DNA of 64,000 nt from Azolla caroliniana (taxonomy: Eukaryota > Plantae > Polypodiophyta). This document shows positions 12,681 through 23,350 of this stretch, piece by piece. Each line of letters starts with the position of its first letter. Position 1 is the first letter of the stretch. Both the position numbers and the translations under genes were made by a program. The stretch is taken from assembly GCA_043228905.1 (NCBI GenBank), contig JBHGNT010000022.1, positions 2,046,001 through 2,110,000 of the forward strand. Direction: 5' to 3'. The notes beneath the pieces are model-generated. The model was not told where the DNA came from. It did no database searches and worked only from the letters and a program-made list of their open reading frames with translations.

Positions 12681-15600
12681 TCACTTCGGCATGGGATGTC
12701 TCTCCAATCCGATCCTCTTCCGGCATGCTTCCAGCTTGTCAGGTGTGAGCACCTTGGTCAGCATATCCGACCCGTTCTCGTCCGTGTGGATCTTCGTCAG
12801 CACGAACTCCTTGTCTTCTATCCTTTCCCGGATCCAGTGGTATCTACGCTGGATGTGTTTCGTCCGGGAATGGTAGGCCGCGTTCTTCGCAAGGTGGATG
12901 ACACTCTGACTATCGCAGTAGAGCCGGTACTCCTCCTGCCGGATACCGAGCTCTCTAATGAAGTCCTTCATCCATATTATTTCCTTGCCGGCTTCAACAG
13001 CCGCCATGTACTCCGCCTCCGTGGTTGACAACGCAACCGTCTTCTGCAACCTCGACTGCCACGAAACGGCTCCCCCTGCATATGTCATTACATACCCAGA
13101 TGTAGACCGGCTGGTATCCGCATCAGCCGACATGTCCGAATCGGTAAATCCATCGAGTTCGGGCTTACCGGAGCCGAATCGGAGGCACATGTTCGAAGTG
13201 CCCTTTAAGTATCGGAGTATCCATTTGACCGCGTTCCAGTGCTCCTTGCCGGGATTACTCATATACCGGCTCACCACTCCGACTGCGTATCCAATGTCCG
13301 GTCGGGTACACACCATTGCGTACATCAAGCTCCCGACGGCAGAGGCATATGGTATCTTCATCATATCCTCCTTTTCAACTTTTGTCTTGGGACTTTGCTT
13401 GCCGGATAACTTGCAGTTTGCCGGGAGGGTCGACCCGACCGGTCTTGCTTCCGACATGTTGAACCGGTGAAGCACCTTTGTCACGTACTTCTCCTGTGAC
13501 AGCCACAACTGCTTCTTCTTCCGGTCCCGGATGATGTGCATCCCTAGTATTTGCCTCGCCGGACCCAGGTCCTTCATTGAGAAAGTTCGGTGAAGCGCTT
13601 TCTTCAGCATCCGTATCTTGACCTGGTCCCGTCCAACGATCAACATGTCGTCCACGTACAGGAGGAGTATTAGAAAGTCTCCTCCTTCGAACTTCTTCAC
13701 AAACACGCAGTGATCGGACTGCGTTTTGTGGTACCCTTCGTCGGTCGTGAAAGAGTCGAACTTCCGGTACCATTGTCGGGGAGCCTGCTTCAGTCCGTAA
13801 AGGCTCTTCTTCAACCGGCATACCAGGTGCTCCTTCCCTTTCTTCTCGAATCCTTCCGGTTGCTGCATGTAGATCTCTTCTTCGAGGTCACCGTGAAGGA
13901 ATGCCGTCTTCACGTCCATCTGTTCTACCTCGAGGTCCATGCTTGCCGCTATGCTCAGCACCGTCCGGATGGAGGTCATCTTCACTACCGGGGCAAATAT
14001 CTCGTCGAAGTCGACGCCCTTCTTCTGCTGGAACCCCTTCACCACGATCCTGGCTTTGTATCTCGGGGGGTTTCCGGCATCTCCCGGTTTCAGCTTGAAC
14101 ACCCACTTGTTTCGAAGTGCCCGCTTTCCTTTCGGCAACTCCACAAGTTCATATGTGTGGTTCTCATGCAGGGAATCCATCTCCTCCTGCATGGCACTTA
14201 ACCACCTGCGGCTATGGGTGTCAAGCTTTGCTTCTTCAAAACTCTCCGGCTCCCCCTCGTCGGTTAGCAGCACGTGCTCTGGTTCCGGAAATCTCCGGGG
14301 GGCCCTTCTCTCTCTTAGAGGATATCTCCATTCCGGAGCTTCGGTAACCGGCTCCTCCGTTTCCTCTTCATCCGAATCCATTTCGGGATCGGGGCTGGTT
14401 CCGGTATCAGTTTCATCTTCCTCGGCCGGTTCTGTTTCTTCACCGTCTTCGGCCGGATCCTCGAGTGCTAACCGGTCCCTTGCCGGTCGGGACTGCTCCT
14501 CATAGAGTTGATCCTCACCGGTCGACTTGGAGCTCTTCATCTTCTTCTCCGACTCCCAGTCGGCGAGTGTCTTGTCCTCCATGAAGATGATATCACGACT
14601 CCGGATTATCTTTTTGTCGACCGGGTCCCATACTCGGTAGCCGAACTCGTCATCGCCGTAACCGAGGAATATGCATGGCCGGGTCTTTGGATCTAGCTTT
14701 CCTCTCCGGTCCTTTGCCACATGCACATATGCGAGACACCCGAACACCTTCAGATGCCGGTAGGATACTTCCCTGCCGGTCCACACTCTCTGCGGCGTGT
14801 CTCCGTCCAAAGGTACTGAGGGTGATCTGTTTATCACGTATGTCGCCGTCGACATTGCCTCAGCCCAAAACTCCTTGGGTAATTTCGCATGCGCCAGCAT
14901 ACTCCGGACCCTCTCCATTATGGTCCGGTTCATCCTCTCGGCCAGCCCGTTTAGTTCCGGCGTCTTCGGCACAGTAAACTCGAGCCGGATTCCCTTCGAG
15001 CGACAGTACTCCTTGAACTGCCCCCGGTATTCCCCTCCGTTATCCGCTCGTATCGCTTTCAGCTTCTTGCCGGATTCCCTTTCCACTCTCGCGTGGAGTT
15101 CTTTGAAGACGCACAACACTTGGTCCTTTGTCCTCAACGGTGCCGTCCACAGCTTCCGGCTGTGGTCATCAATGAATGTCACGAAGTACTGGGCTCCGCC
15201 ATGTGACTTCGTTTCTACTTGACACACGTCAGTGTGCACCAACTCCAATGGTGCGCTACGTCTCGTCGGTGGTCTTGAGCGGAAGGAGGTCCGGTTTTGC
15301 TTACCGGCCAGACAGTCGGTACACTTCCCCAGTTGTACGTGCTTTACCGGTATCAGGTTGTCTTCGGCAAGCCTCTTCATCCCCTTCTCGCTCATGTGGC
15401 ACAGTCTCTTGTGCCACAGCTCACCGGTAGTGTCAGCTGCCACGTTCAGCTCCTCCGGACATAGCCGGGAATTCATCAGGTACAGTGTGTTGACCTTCCG
15501 GGCCCGAGCCACTATCAGGCTCCCTTTGCTGAACTTCATGACACCGTTCCGGATGCTACCCGTGTAGCCTTCATCGTCTAGCCTCCCAGCCGAAATCAGG

Positions 15601-16754
15601 TTCAATCGAACCTCCGGAACGTGTCGGACATCCTTCAGCAGCACCTTGCATCCGGTTGATGTCATCAGCCACACGTCTCCTATGCCGGAAATCCGGCATG
15701 TACCTTCATTTCCCATCCGGACACAGCCGTGCTCCCCGGCTGTGTAGGATGAGAAGTATTTCTTCTCCGGGGTCAGGTGGAACGACGCTCCGGAATCGAC
15801 CACCCAGGTCATCTCTTCACCGGCAAGGTTCAGCTCCCTCTCTTCGGTAATGAGCATTATCTCTTCTTCACTTGCCGCGAGTGCCGTCGTTCCTTTCCGG
15901 TCCTGCCCTCGCCGATCCGGACCTCTCCGGTTCGTGGCTCCCCGGTATGCACCGTTTCGCTCCGGTGACTTCTTCGAATCGGTACCGTCGGTTCCGTTGT
16001 CTTTCCGGAAATGCCGACAGTTCTTCTGGAAGTGCCCCGGCTTCCCACAGTAGAAGCATGTAGGTCTTCCCCTCGACTGCGACCGTGTCCCCGACTTCTC
16101 CCGTCTTTGCGGACTCCGGTTCCGTTGTCTTCCCCGTTCCGATTCGGTAAGCAGCGCCTTCGAGTCGGAGGCCGGTTCTTTATCTCTCCAACGCGCTTCT
16201 TCATTTAGAATACTTGTCTTTACCGTTAGTAAAGACAAGTTCTCTTCCTTACAGGAGGTGCTGAGAGTAACTACCAAGTTCTCCCAGCTCTCCGGAAGGG
16301 TACACATCAGCATGATGGCTTGCATTGCGTCATCCAACGGGAACTTGATCGCCGCAAGCTGGTTCACGAATCCCATGAACGTGCTGACGTGTTCGACCAT
16401 GCTCTCGCCGTCCCGGTACTTAAGATTCACTATCTTCCTCATCAGGGAGGTCCGGGTCAGAGCATTCTTCCTCTCATACAGTCCGGACAGCTTCTGCCAC
16501 ATCTCATAGGCGTTCGTATCGTTCGCCACATGTTGCAGAACACTTACATCGACATATTGCCGGATCGTCGCTATGGCTTTCCGGTTCAGGAGCTTCCACT
16601 CCGACTCTATTACCCCCTTGGGTATCTCGGCATTGTCGATCGGTTCATACAGGTCTCGGACGATGAGAAGGTCTTCCATCTTTATCTTCCAGTCGGCGTA
16701 GTTCTGTGAGTTCAACACCATCATGCCCGGAGGCCCACTACCGCCGCCTTCCAT
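12681..16754 (-). CDS. copia gag-pol polyprotein, 1357 aa (capsid, CCHC, protease, integrase, RT, RNase H)
   Basis: uninterrupted ORF: CFYCGKPGHFQKNC, VVDSGAS, HTDVC, NGLAERMNR, YVDDML, TKHI. Confidence 0.97.
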   Translation of the reverse strand: MEGGGSGPPGMMVLNSQNYADWKIKMEDLLIVRDLYEPIDNAEIPKGVIESEWKLLNRKAIATIRQYVDVSVLQHVANDTNAYEMWQKLSGLYERKNALTRTSLMRKIVNLKYRDGESMVEHVSTFMGFVNQLAAIKFPLDDAMQAIMLMCTLPESWENLVVTLSTSCKEENLSLLTVKTSILNEEARWRDKEPASDSKALLTESERGRQRNRSPQRREKSGTRSQSRGRPTCFYCGKPGHFQKNCRHFRKDNGTDGTDSKKSPERNGAYRGATNRRGPDRRGQDRKGTTALAASEEEIMLITEERELNLAGEEMTWVVDSGASFHLTPEKKYFSSYTAGEHGCVRMGNEGTCRISGIGDVWLMTSTGCKVLLKDVRHVPEVRLNLISAGRLDDEGYTGSIRNGVMKFSKGSLIVARARKVNTLYLMNSRLCPEELNVAADTTGELWHKRLCHMSEKGMKRLAEDNLIPVKHVQLGKCTDCLAGKQNRTSFRSRPPTRRSAPLELVHTDVCQVETKSHGGAQYFVTFIDDHSRKLWTAPLRTKDQVLCVFKELHARVERESGKKLKAIRADNGGEYRGQFKEYCRSKGIRLEFTVPKTPELNGLAERMNRTIMERVRSMLAHAKLPKEFWAEAMSTATYVINRSPSVPLDGDTPQRVWTGREVSYRHLKVFGCLAYVHVAKDRRGKLDPKTRPCIFLGYGDDEFGYRVWDPVDKKIIRSRDIIFMEDKTLADWESEKKMKSSKSTGEDQLYEEQSRPARDRLALEDPAEDGEETEPAEEDETDTGTSPDPEMDSDEEETEEPVTEAPEWRYPLRERRAPRRFPEPEHVLLTDEGEPESFEEAKLDTHSRRWLSAMQEEMDSLHENHTYELVELPKGKRALRNKWVFKLKPGDAGNPPRYKARIVVKGFQQKKGVDFDEIFAPVVKMTSIRTVLSIAASMDLEVEQMDVKTAFLHGDLEEEIYMQQPEGFEKKGKEHLVCRLKKSLYGLKQAPRQWYRKFDSFTTDEGYHKTQSDHCVFVKKFEGGDFLILLLYVDDMLIVGRDQVKIRMLKKALHRTFSMKDLGPARQILGMHIIRDRKKKQLWLSQEKYVTKVLHRFNMSEARPVGSTLPANCKLSGKQSPKTKVEKEDMMKIPYASAVGSLMYAMVCTRPDIGYAVGVVSRYMSNPGKEHWNAVKWILRYLKGTSNMCLRFGSGKPELDGFTDSDMSADADTSRSTSGYVMTYAGGAVSWQSRLQKTVALSTTEAEYMAAVEAGKEIIWMKDFIRELGIRQEEYRLYCDSQSVIHLAKNAAYHSRTKHIQRRYHWIRERIEDKEFVLTKIHTDENGSDMLTKVLTPDKLEACRKRIGLERHPMPK

Positions 16755-16785
16755 TTTCTGTGTTACCGTCGCTCTGATACCACTT

Positions 16786-17427
16786 TGTTAAACACAGTGC
16801 TCGGCCACAACCGAGGAATAGGATCAACTCACAGAAAACAGGAAATACAAAATGCACGAAGACAATAGAGAGAAGAGTACACAGGATGTTTTACGTGGAA
16901 AACCCTAAATGGGAAAAAACCACGGGAGTCCTCAAACTCCAACTATCACTATAAACAGAGATGTACAATGGTGAAGCTACAAGGCAACAACCTTGAGCTC
17001 ACTGTCTTCGCCACAGGCGGCGGTAATACACAGAGGCAACGACCTCTTCGTCTCTCTCTCTCTCACTCTCTCTCTCGGCTGCTCTCACTTCGCTCCCTCT
17101 AAGTGAAAACAGAAAAATGAGCAACAGCCTATAAACTGTTTGCCCTAAGTCATATTTATACACATATGACTTTCGGGCTATTTACAAATATATCCTCAAG
17201 GGCCCTTGGCAAACATATTCACAAATATGTCCCCGCATCCGGATCTCTCTCCGGGTACATTCGTCATCCGGCTCCGTAGCCGGGGTCTTCATCATCCGGA
17301 TCAGTAGCCGGGTACTCTTCATCCGGCTTCATGCCGGGTACTCTTCATCCTCCGGTTCCGTAACCGCAACCGGGCTTGCCGTCATTCATCTCCGGACATC
17401 CCATCCGGAGGGACTGAAATCCCAACA
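16786..17427 (-). repeat. 5' LTR of copia A (642 bp)
   Basis: adjacent to the PBS; direct repeat of 12001-12670. Confidence 0.97.
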
Positions 17428-18965
17428 CAGATGAAATATGGAGACGACCGGTTCGAAGTGATGAGAAAGATGCGGTAGTAAGGGAAGCTCATTGCGGACT
17501 AGCCGGCAGACACTATGCTGGAGAAGCAATGACTTGGAAGATTTAGCGGAACGGCTTGTGGTGGCCAACCACCTTGAAAGATTCAATTTGATATTGCCGC
17601 GAATGTGACTTATGTCAGAGAATGGGCCAACCCACGGAGGAAGTGCAAATGCCTCATCAGTCAGTACTACCACTAGAACCGTTCCAGAAGTGGGAATTAG
17701 ATTTTGTCGGGACTTTCAAGCCGACAGTAGCAAGAATCGGGAATAGATACATCATAGTTGCTACATGTTATTATACAAAATGGGTGTAAGCAAAAGCGTT
17801 ACGTGACAATTCCATGGCATCAACGGCAAAATTCCTTTACGAATGTATATTGTGCCGATTCATATGTCTAATTGAATTAATCAGTGACCAAGGAGGGCAC
17901 TTTATCAGCCAAGTAGTAGAGAGCTTGACATTGTTTTATGCATTAGTACATAAGAAAAGCACGTTGTACTACCCATAAGCAAATGGATTGGTAGAATCCA
18001 CAAATAAAACGTTGCGGACAATCCTGAAAATGATCATCCACAAAAACGGGACGGATTGGGATACGAAGCTTCACAACGCACTTTGGGCGTACCGAATGAC
18101 GTATAAGACAAGTATCCGATTGACACCATTCCGGTTGGCATTCAGATTAGAGGCGGTAATGCTGATGGAATTTCAAATTCCAAGTTTGCGTTTACAGTTA
18201 CAAGAGCGGCTGAACGAATATGAGTCGGAACAAATTCGATTGGAGAAGTTGTGTGAACTCGAAGAGCATCGGATACTAAGTCTATTGCAAGTAGAATTGG
18301 AACAGCAACAAATGAAAGCATTCGTGGATTGCCACCAGAAACGCAATGAGAAGGAATTCGGAATTGGAAAACCGGTGTTGGTATTTCAGACATGGATGGG
18401 GAGCATGTCGGGGAAGCTCAGATTCAGATGGATGGGACCGTATTATATAATAAAGGAATTCAAGGGATCCTATCAATTGTGTACCTTAGTCGAGGATGTA
18501 CTCGACAAATGGGTGAACAGGTTCTGGCTAAAACTATATAAGGGACGGATGCCAGCAAACCCATTCAAGGGTCCGGACCAGCATGGAAGAAACCAGGAGG
18601 CTGGGGGCCATAGGATGGCAGAGACCGAAGGAAAACCGTATGATCAGACCGTCTGGAGCGATGACGTCACCAAACATGCACCGGAGTTAACCAAGCAAGG
18701 GAAACGGCAGAACCGATCGGGGTCAAAAGCATCCACGACACCCAGAGTTGACAGGTAGACTACGTCATACGACCGACGTATGTAGGAAAGAAGAAAAAAG
18801 TTAGAGATTTGAAATGATTCTAGACGCGAAACGGCAATGATGGAAAAGATGGTTACGATCATGACATCAGCCGAGTACTAAATGCACACCACACGTCATA
18901 ATAATGCAATAATTAGCCACGACGTGTAGATGCAAAACCCAAAAAGAGGCGAGGCGGTGACGCGT

Positions 18966-21900
18966 TGTCACGAAAATGCTCACGTGCGTGTGCTACTTGA
19001 GTGGGACCACCAGGGTCTCAGACTGTGGAGGACGTTCATGAAGTTAAAAGACAATGATGTGAATGTTTGAGTCGAGGAAGACAATGTCACACACTTGAAA
19101 AGATTAAGAAAATTAATACACTTGAGAGAAGATGATTAATTAGAAAAATATAAATGAGAGTATTATATTGATAATAGTGGTGATGGTGATATCACATATT
19201 GAGCCCCCCCTTACACAAGCCTTACAAGGGTATTTATAGGTCTATCCATGCTTCTAACATGCACAAAACCATGGGCTTGGACCCATGGTTTTTGGGCACA
19301 CTGTTTTTCTTGTGGCATGCACAAAACCATGGGCTTGGAACATGGTTTTGTGCACACGGTTTTGTACGGTTGTTCCCTATTCCTTTTGAATATGAAAAGA
19401 AATACATAACATTTACAGTACTAGGTAGTAGCCTTAATGGTAAGATAAATGTTTTCTATCTTGGAGGTGCAAGGGTCAAATTTTGCTTGCACCCCTCTAT
19501 ATGCACTCGAATGCCTCTAGACCCTAGGCTAATTTTCATATTTATAATCATTCGTGTAATGTGCGTGGAACCACACTATTTCACAATTTCTCCCATTGGA
19601 CACGCAACATCACGACATCCACCCCCACCAAACCGCACATCCTCCGGCATGTGCCAAGAAGAAAAGAGTGATGTGGTCGAGTCAAAGGTGGTTGGCCTTT
19701 GATTTCTTCCTTTCTTACACCTTGCCCGCATCGTCCTTTATCCTCCATTTTGAGCACATGCATTCCTTCCACCCGAACCATTGTCGTCTCCCGATCAACC
19801 ATATCATTCGCTCACCCTTTGCATTGCCATGACCACTTGTCATAGCCCCTTTTGCACCTCTTGAGCATAACCCTTCATGCATCGTACATGTGTCGCGTTC
19901 ATCCCGACCATCTGCTTGGTCATCAAACTCCCTCTGATCATCCTTTCTCATCTCATGCTTGCTTTTCCTTATGCTCACCAGCCTCGACCGGGTGTCACAC
20001 CACTCATCTGCTTCTACCTCCGGTTAGGCCGGTTCAACTTCTATTTGGATCAGTCTCAACCAATCAGCTTCTGGCTTGGTCGGCCTTCGTCTGAATTCGC
20101 ATTCGATCGAATCGGACTCAGACGATCGGCTTCCGTTTGGGTCAGCTTCCGTTCGGGTCGGAATACCAACCGCGTCATCTTCCATCCGGATTGTCGTCCA
20201 GTTTTTCCTTTCTTGCCGCTCTCTGGCTCTTCATCGAACTCTATTGTAGCTTTTTCCTTGGCCTCCTTGTTGGCCACCGTTCCTTTGTATGCGCTAGTTT
20301 CGACCCTCATCTCCTCACCACCACCTTCCATCTCTCTGGTCTTATGTTGGTTCTCAGGCACAACTGCCGAAGTCTCCGAAACCAGTGTGGAGGGATCCCT
20401 TCATCTGTGGTCATCCTCATCGCCATTTCGGTCCGTCAATTTCCTGCCGCCACCTTCCATCTCTCCGGTCTCACGTTGGCACTCGGGCACAACTGTCGAA
20501 GTCTCAGGAATAATTGTGGGGAGAACCTTGGTACCATCGGTCACCATCGACTCATCCATAGCCATCTTTCCCTCAACGTTGTTATTCGCATTGGCTTCAA
20601 TCTTTGTTTCCCCACCACTCTCTGTCTCTTGGGTCTCATGTTGGCTCTCCGACACAACTGCCCAAGTCTCTAGATCAAGTGTTGGGAAAGTCTCGATATG
20701 GCCATCCGTTGTGGACTCGTTCATAGCCATCTCCAACTCGATGTCATTCCTTGTGGTTACCGCCTCAATCACGTCGGCCTCACACTCTTTATCTCCCTCG
20801 ATCAGGAAAGCTTTGATCATGCTTGCACCTTCATCACTCGATATTTCGGACACAACTTGTGTTCCGAAATGCTCATCCACTCTTAAAGTGGCATTTCCTA
20901 CTCTCGAGTCTTTGGCCTTTCTCTTGACCGTCGTTCCTCCATAAGTCGAGAAGGTGGTTTGTTCCAAACCTTCTCCCGTGGTACTGTCGTATTGAACCTA
21001 GGCCTTTGTATTGGTCGTATCATTACTCCACATTTGTTGGGAGGTCTCTTCTTCCACGATCACAGTTCGCATCAATTTTTGCTTCATTTTAAGATCCTCT
21101 TCAGCATCGACTTGTGCCTTTAAGTTCTTGAATGCTTCTCTCATCAAAGCTTCTATGTTGAGTGTCTTCAAATCTTCTCTCTTTGTGTTCTCTTCCTTCG
21201 GTGGTGGCGTGTTACCACATCTCATCTTCCTTTGATCGTCCCTCGTGGACCATGATGTTGTCAACAAGATTCCCATCTTTCTCTTGTCATGTTGCCGACA
21301 TACTCTTTCAACATAGGCCCAATTTTCGGTGAGGCCATTTTCACCATTGTCATCCTCAAGTTAGATTCCAATGTCCTTCCTTTCCTTCCGATCAATCAAT
21401 TTTATGAACATTAAGAACTTTTTGCCCCCACCAATCCTTGATCCCGCTCTGAGAGTTGAGCGAAGCGATACTCAAATTCAACGAATGCATGCATAGCACT
21501 CTGATGGGTCTTCCTCGATGACACCCATTTGTCAAACTCGTATAGACCTCGTCCCTTCGGCTCTTCATAACCATGTGCCTCTCGTAATGCTTCTTTGAAG
21601 GACACCCACGAATTATGAGCTTTTTGAAGCTCTTTCATCTCTTCATAGATTGGTTCTGCCACCACTCGACAAAAGCATAACCATATGCCTCTCGTAAAGC
21701 TTCTTTGAAGGACACCCACGAATCGTGAGCTTTTCGAAGCTCTTTCATCTCTTCGTAGATTGGTGGGTCTTCCTCGATGACACCCATTGTTCAAACTCGT
21801 ATAGACCTCATCCCTTTGGCTCTTCATTACCATATGTCTCTCGTAAAGCTTCTTTGATGGACACCAACGAATCGTGAGCTTTTTGAAGCTCTTTCATCTC

Positions 21901-22653
21901 TTCGTAGATTGGTTCAACCACCACTCAACAAAAGTACTCCAACCTCATTGCTTTGTTCACACCTCTCGAATCCATTTCGGCATTGTATGCCTTTAGAAAA
22001 ACTTAGACTTTGCCCCCATCGAAACAACCAACTCGTTCGACCATGCTTTCGACAGCTTGTTGGGCCGCATCTCTTCTTTTCCCTTCTCTAGAAAATTCCA
22101 TCATCATCTTTGACATTGCCTTCATGAGATATTCCTTGCCCATCTTCATCCTCCCCTACCGCTCTTCACGTTGGGTTCACCAAAATGATGTCACAAAAAT
22201 GCTCGCGTGCGTGTGCTACTTGAGTGGGACCACCAAGGTTTTGGACTATGGAGGACGTTCGCGAAGTTAAAAGACAATGGTGTGGATGTTTGAGTCGAGG
22301 AAGACAATGTCACACTTGAAAAGATTAAGAAAATTGATACACTTGAGAGAAGATGATTAATTAGAAAAAGATAAATGAGAGTATTATATTGATGATGATG
22401 GTGATGGTGATATCACATATTGAGCCCCCCCTTACACAAGCCTTACAAGGGTATTTATAGGTCTATCCATGCTTCTAACATGCACAAAACCATGGTCTTG
22501 GACCCTTGGTTTTTGGGCACACTGTTTTTCTTGTGGCATGCACAAAACCATGGGCTTGGAACATGGTTTTGTACGGTTATTTCCTATGCCTTTTGAATAT
22601 GAAAATAAATACATAACATTTAAAGTACTTGGTAGTAGCCCTAATGGTAAGAT
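18966..22653 (-). mobile_element. non-autonomous gag-only LTR element (TR-GAG-like) primed by tRNA-Trp
   Basis: direct repeats ~18966-19617 and ~22189-22653 (the second truncated), PBS TGGTGAACCCaACGTGAA 22182-22165, PPT-like ggtgggggtgga ~19618-19629, decayed gag-like ORF ~22143-21000, no pol motifs seen. Confidence 0.75.
21505..21936 (-). repeat. complex internal tandem duplication in the gag-like region
   Basis: block cataaccat..gcttctttgaaggacacccacgaat..gtagattggt occurs three times and its flanking blocks twice. Confidence 0.8.
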
Positions 22654-23350
22654 GGGAATAGAAAGATGGGACTCAAAGCAAGATGGGAATAGAAAGTTAC
22701 TGAAAACATGAGGGAATCTCATTTAGAGATAGAAAAATTTTAAGAGCCTAGTGTGAGAAAGCGAATCAGAGCACAAGAAGCATTGCTCCGGAATGACCTC
22801 GATGACGAAGACGCAGAACCAATGGCATTATCTGCAGATGCGAAGGACTAGCTGCAAAAGAACGGGCTCGAAGGCTTCATCCGAGTAGCTGAAGCTCCAC
22901 CACACAAGGAATTAGAGAAAGTCGCCAAAACAATCGATGTTGAAGGCATCTCAAATGCTACCATCTAGGCCACAATTGAGCTTCAATCTGAGGGCCTCCA
23001 GTCCAAGGAGAATCTTTCCACGGAAATTCTAGACGAATACTTCGGTAAGTTCTCCATCGCCACCAAGGCCTACCGGACGTAAGGAGGGGAGAAGGTGTTG
23101 TTCTGGGAAATCGCGAAGGTTCTGCTAGAGTATGGGTTTGTGCACCCACAACTCCTAGCAATGCCAAAGAATAGAGCTAGCTTCATCATTGCATCAGTTG
23201 AAGGCTTGTGGCTCAATTGGCCGCTCATTACAACGGACTCCCTCCGGATAGCAATCGCTGCAGTGGCAGACGGAAAGAAGGCTTGGACCAGAGTTGCACA
23301 GTGGTTGATGATCCTCACACTGCCACAACTCACCATCAAGCCCAACAAGA

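Larger units (their letters stand above)
12001..17427 (-). mobile_element. intact full-length Ty1/copia LTR retrotransposon (copia A)
   Basis: LTRs 12001-12670 and 16786-17427, TSD CAGAT, PBS iMet 16771-16782, PPT 12671-12681, single open gag-pol. Confidence 0.98.

Noticed and set aside
19877-20944. 355-aa hydrophobic Ser-rich plus-strand ORF that could look like an envelope or membrane protein
   Set aside because: It is the antisense shadow of the E/K/T-rich minus-strand frame of the gag-only element; no independent motif supports it.
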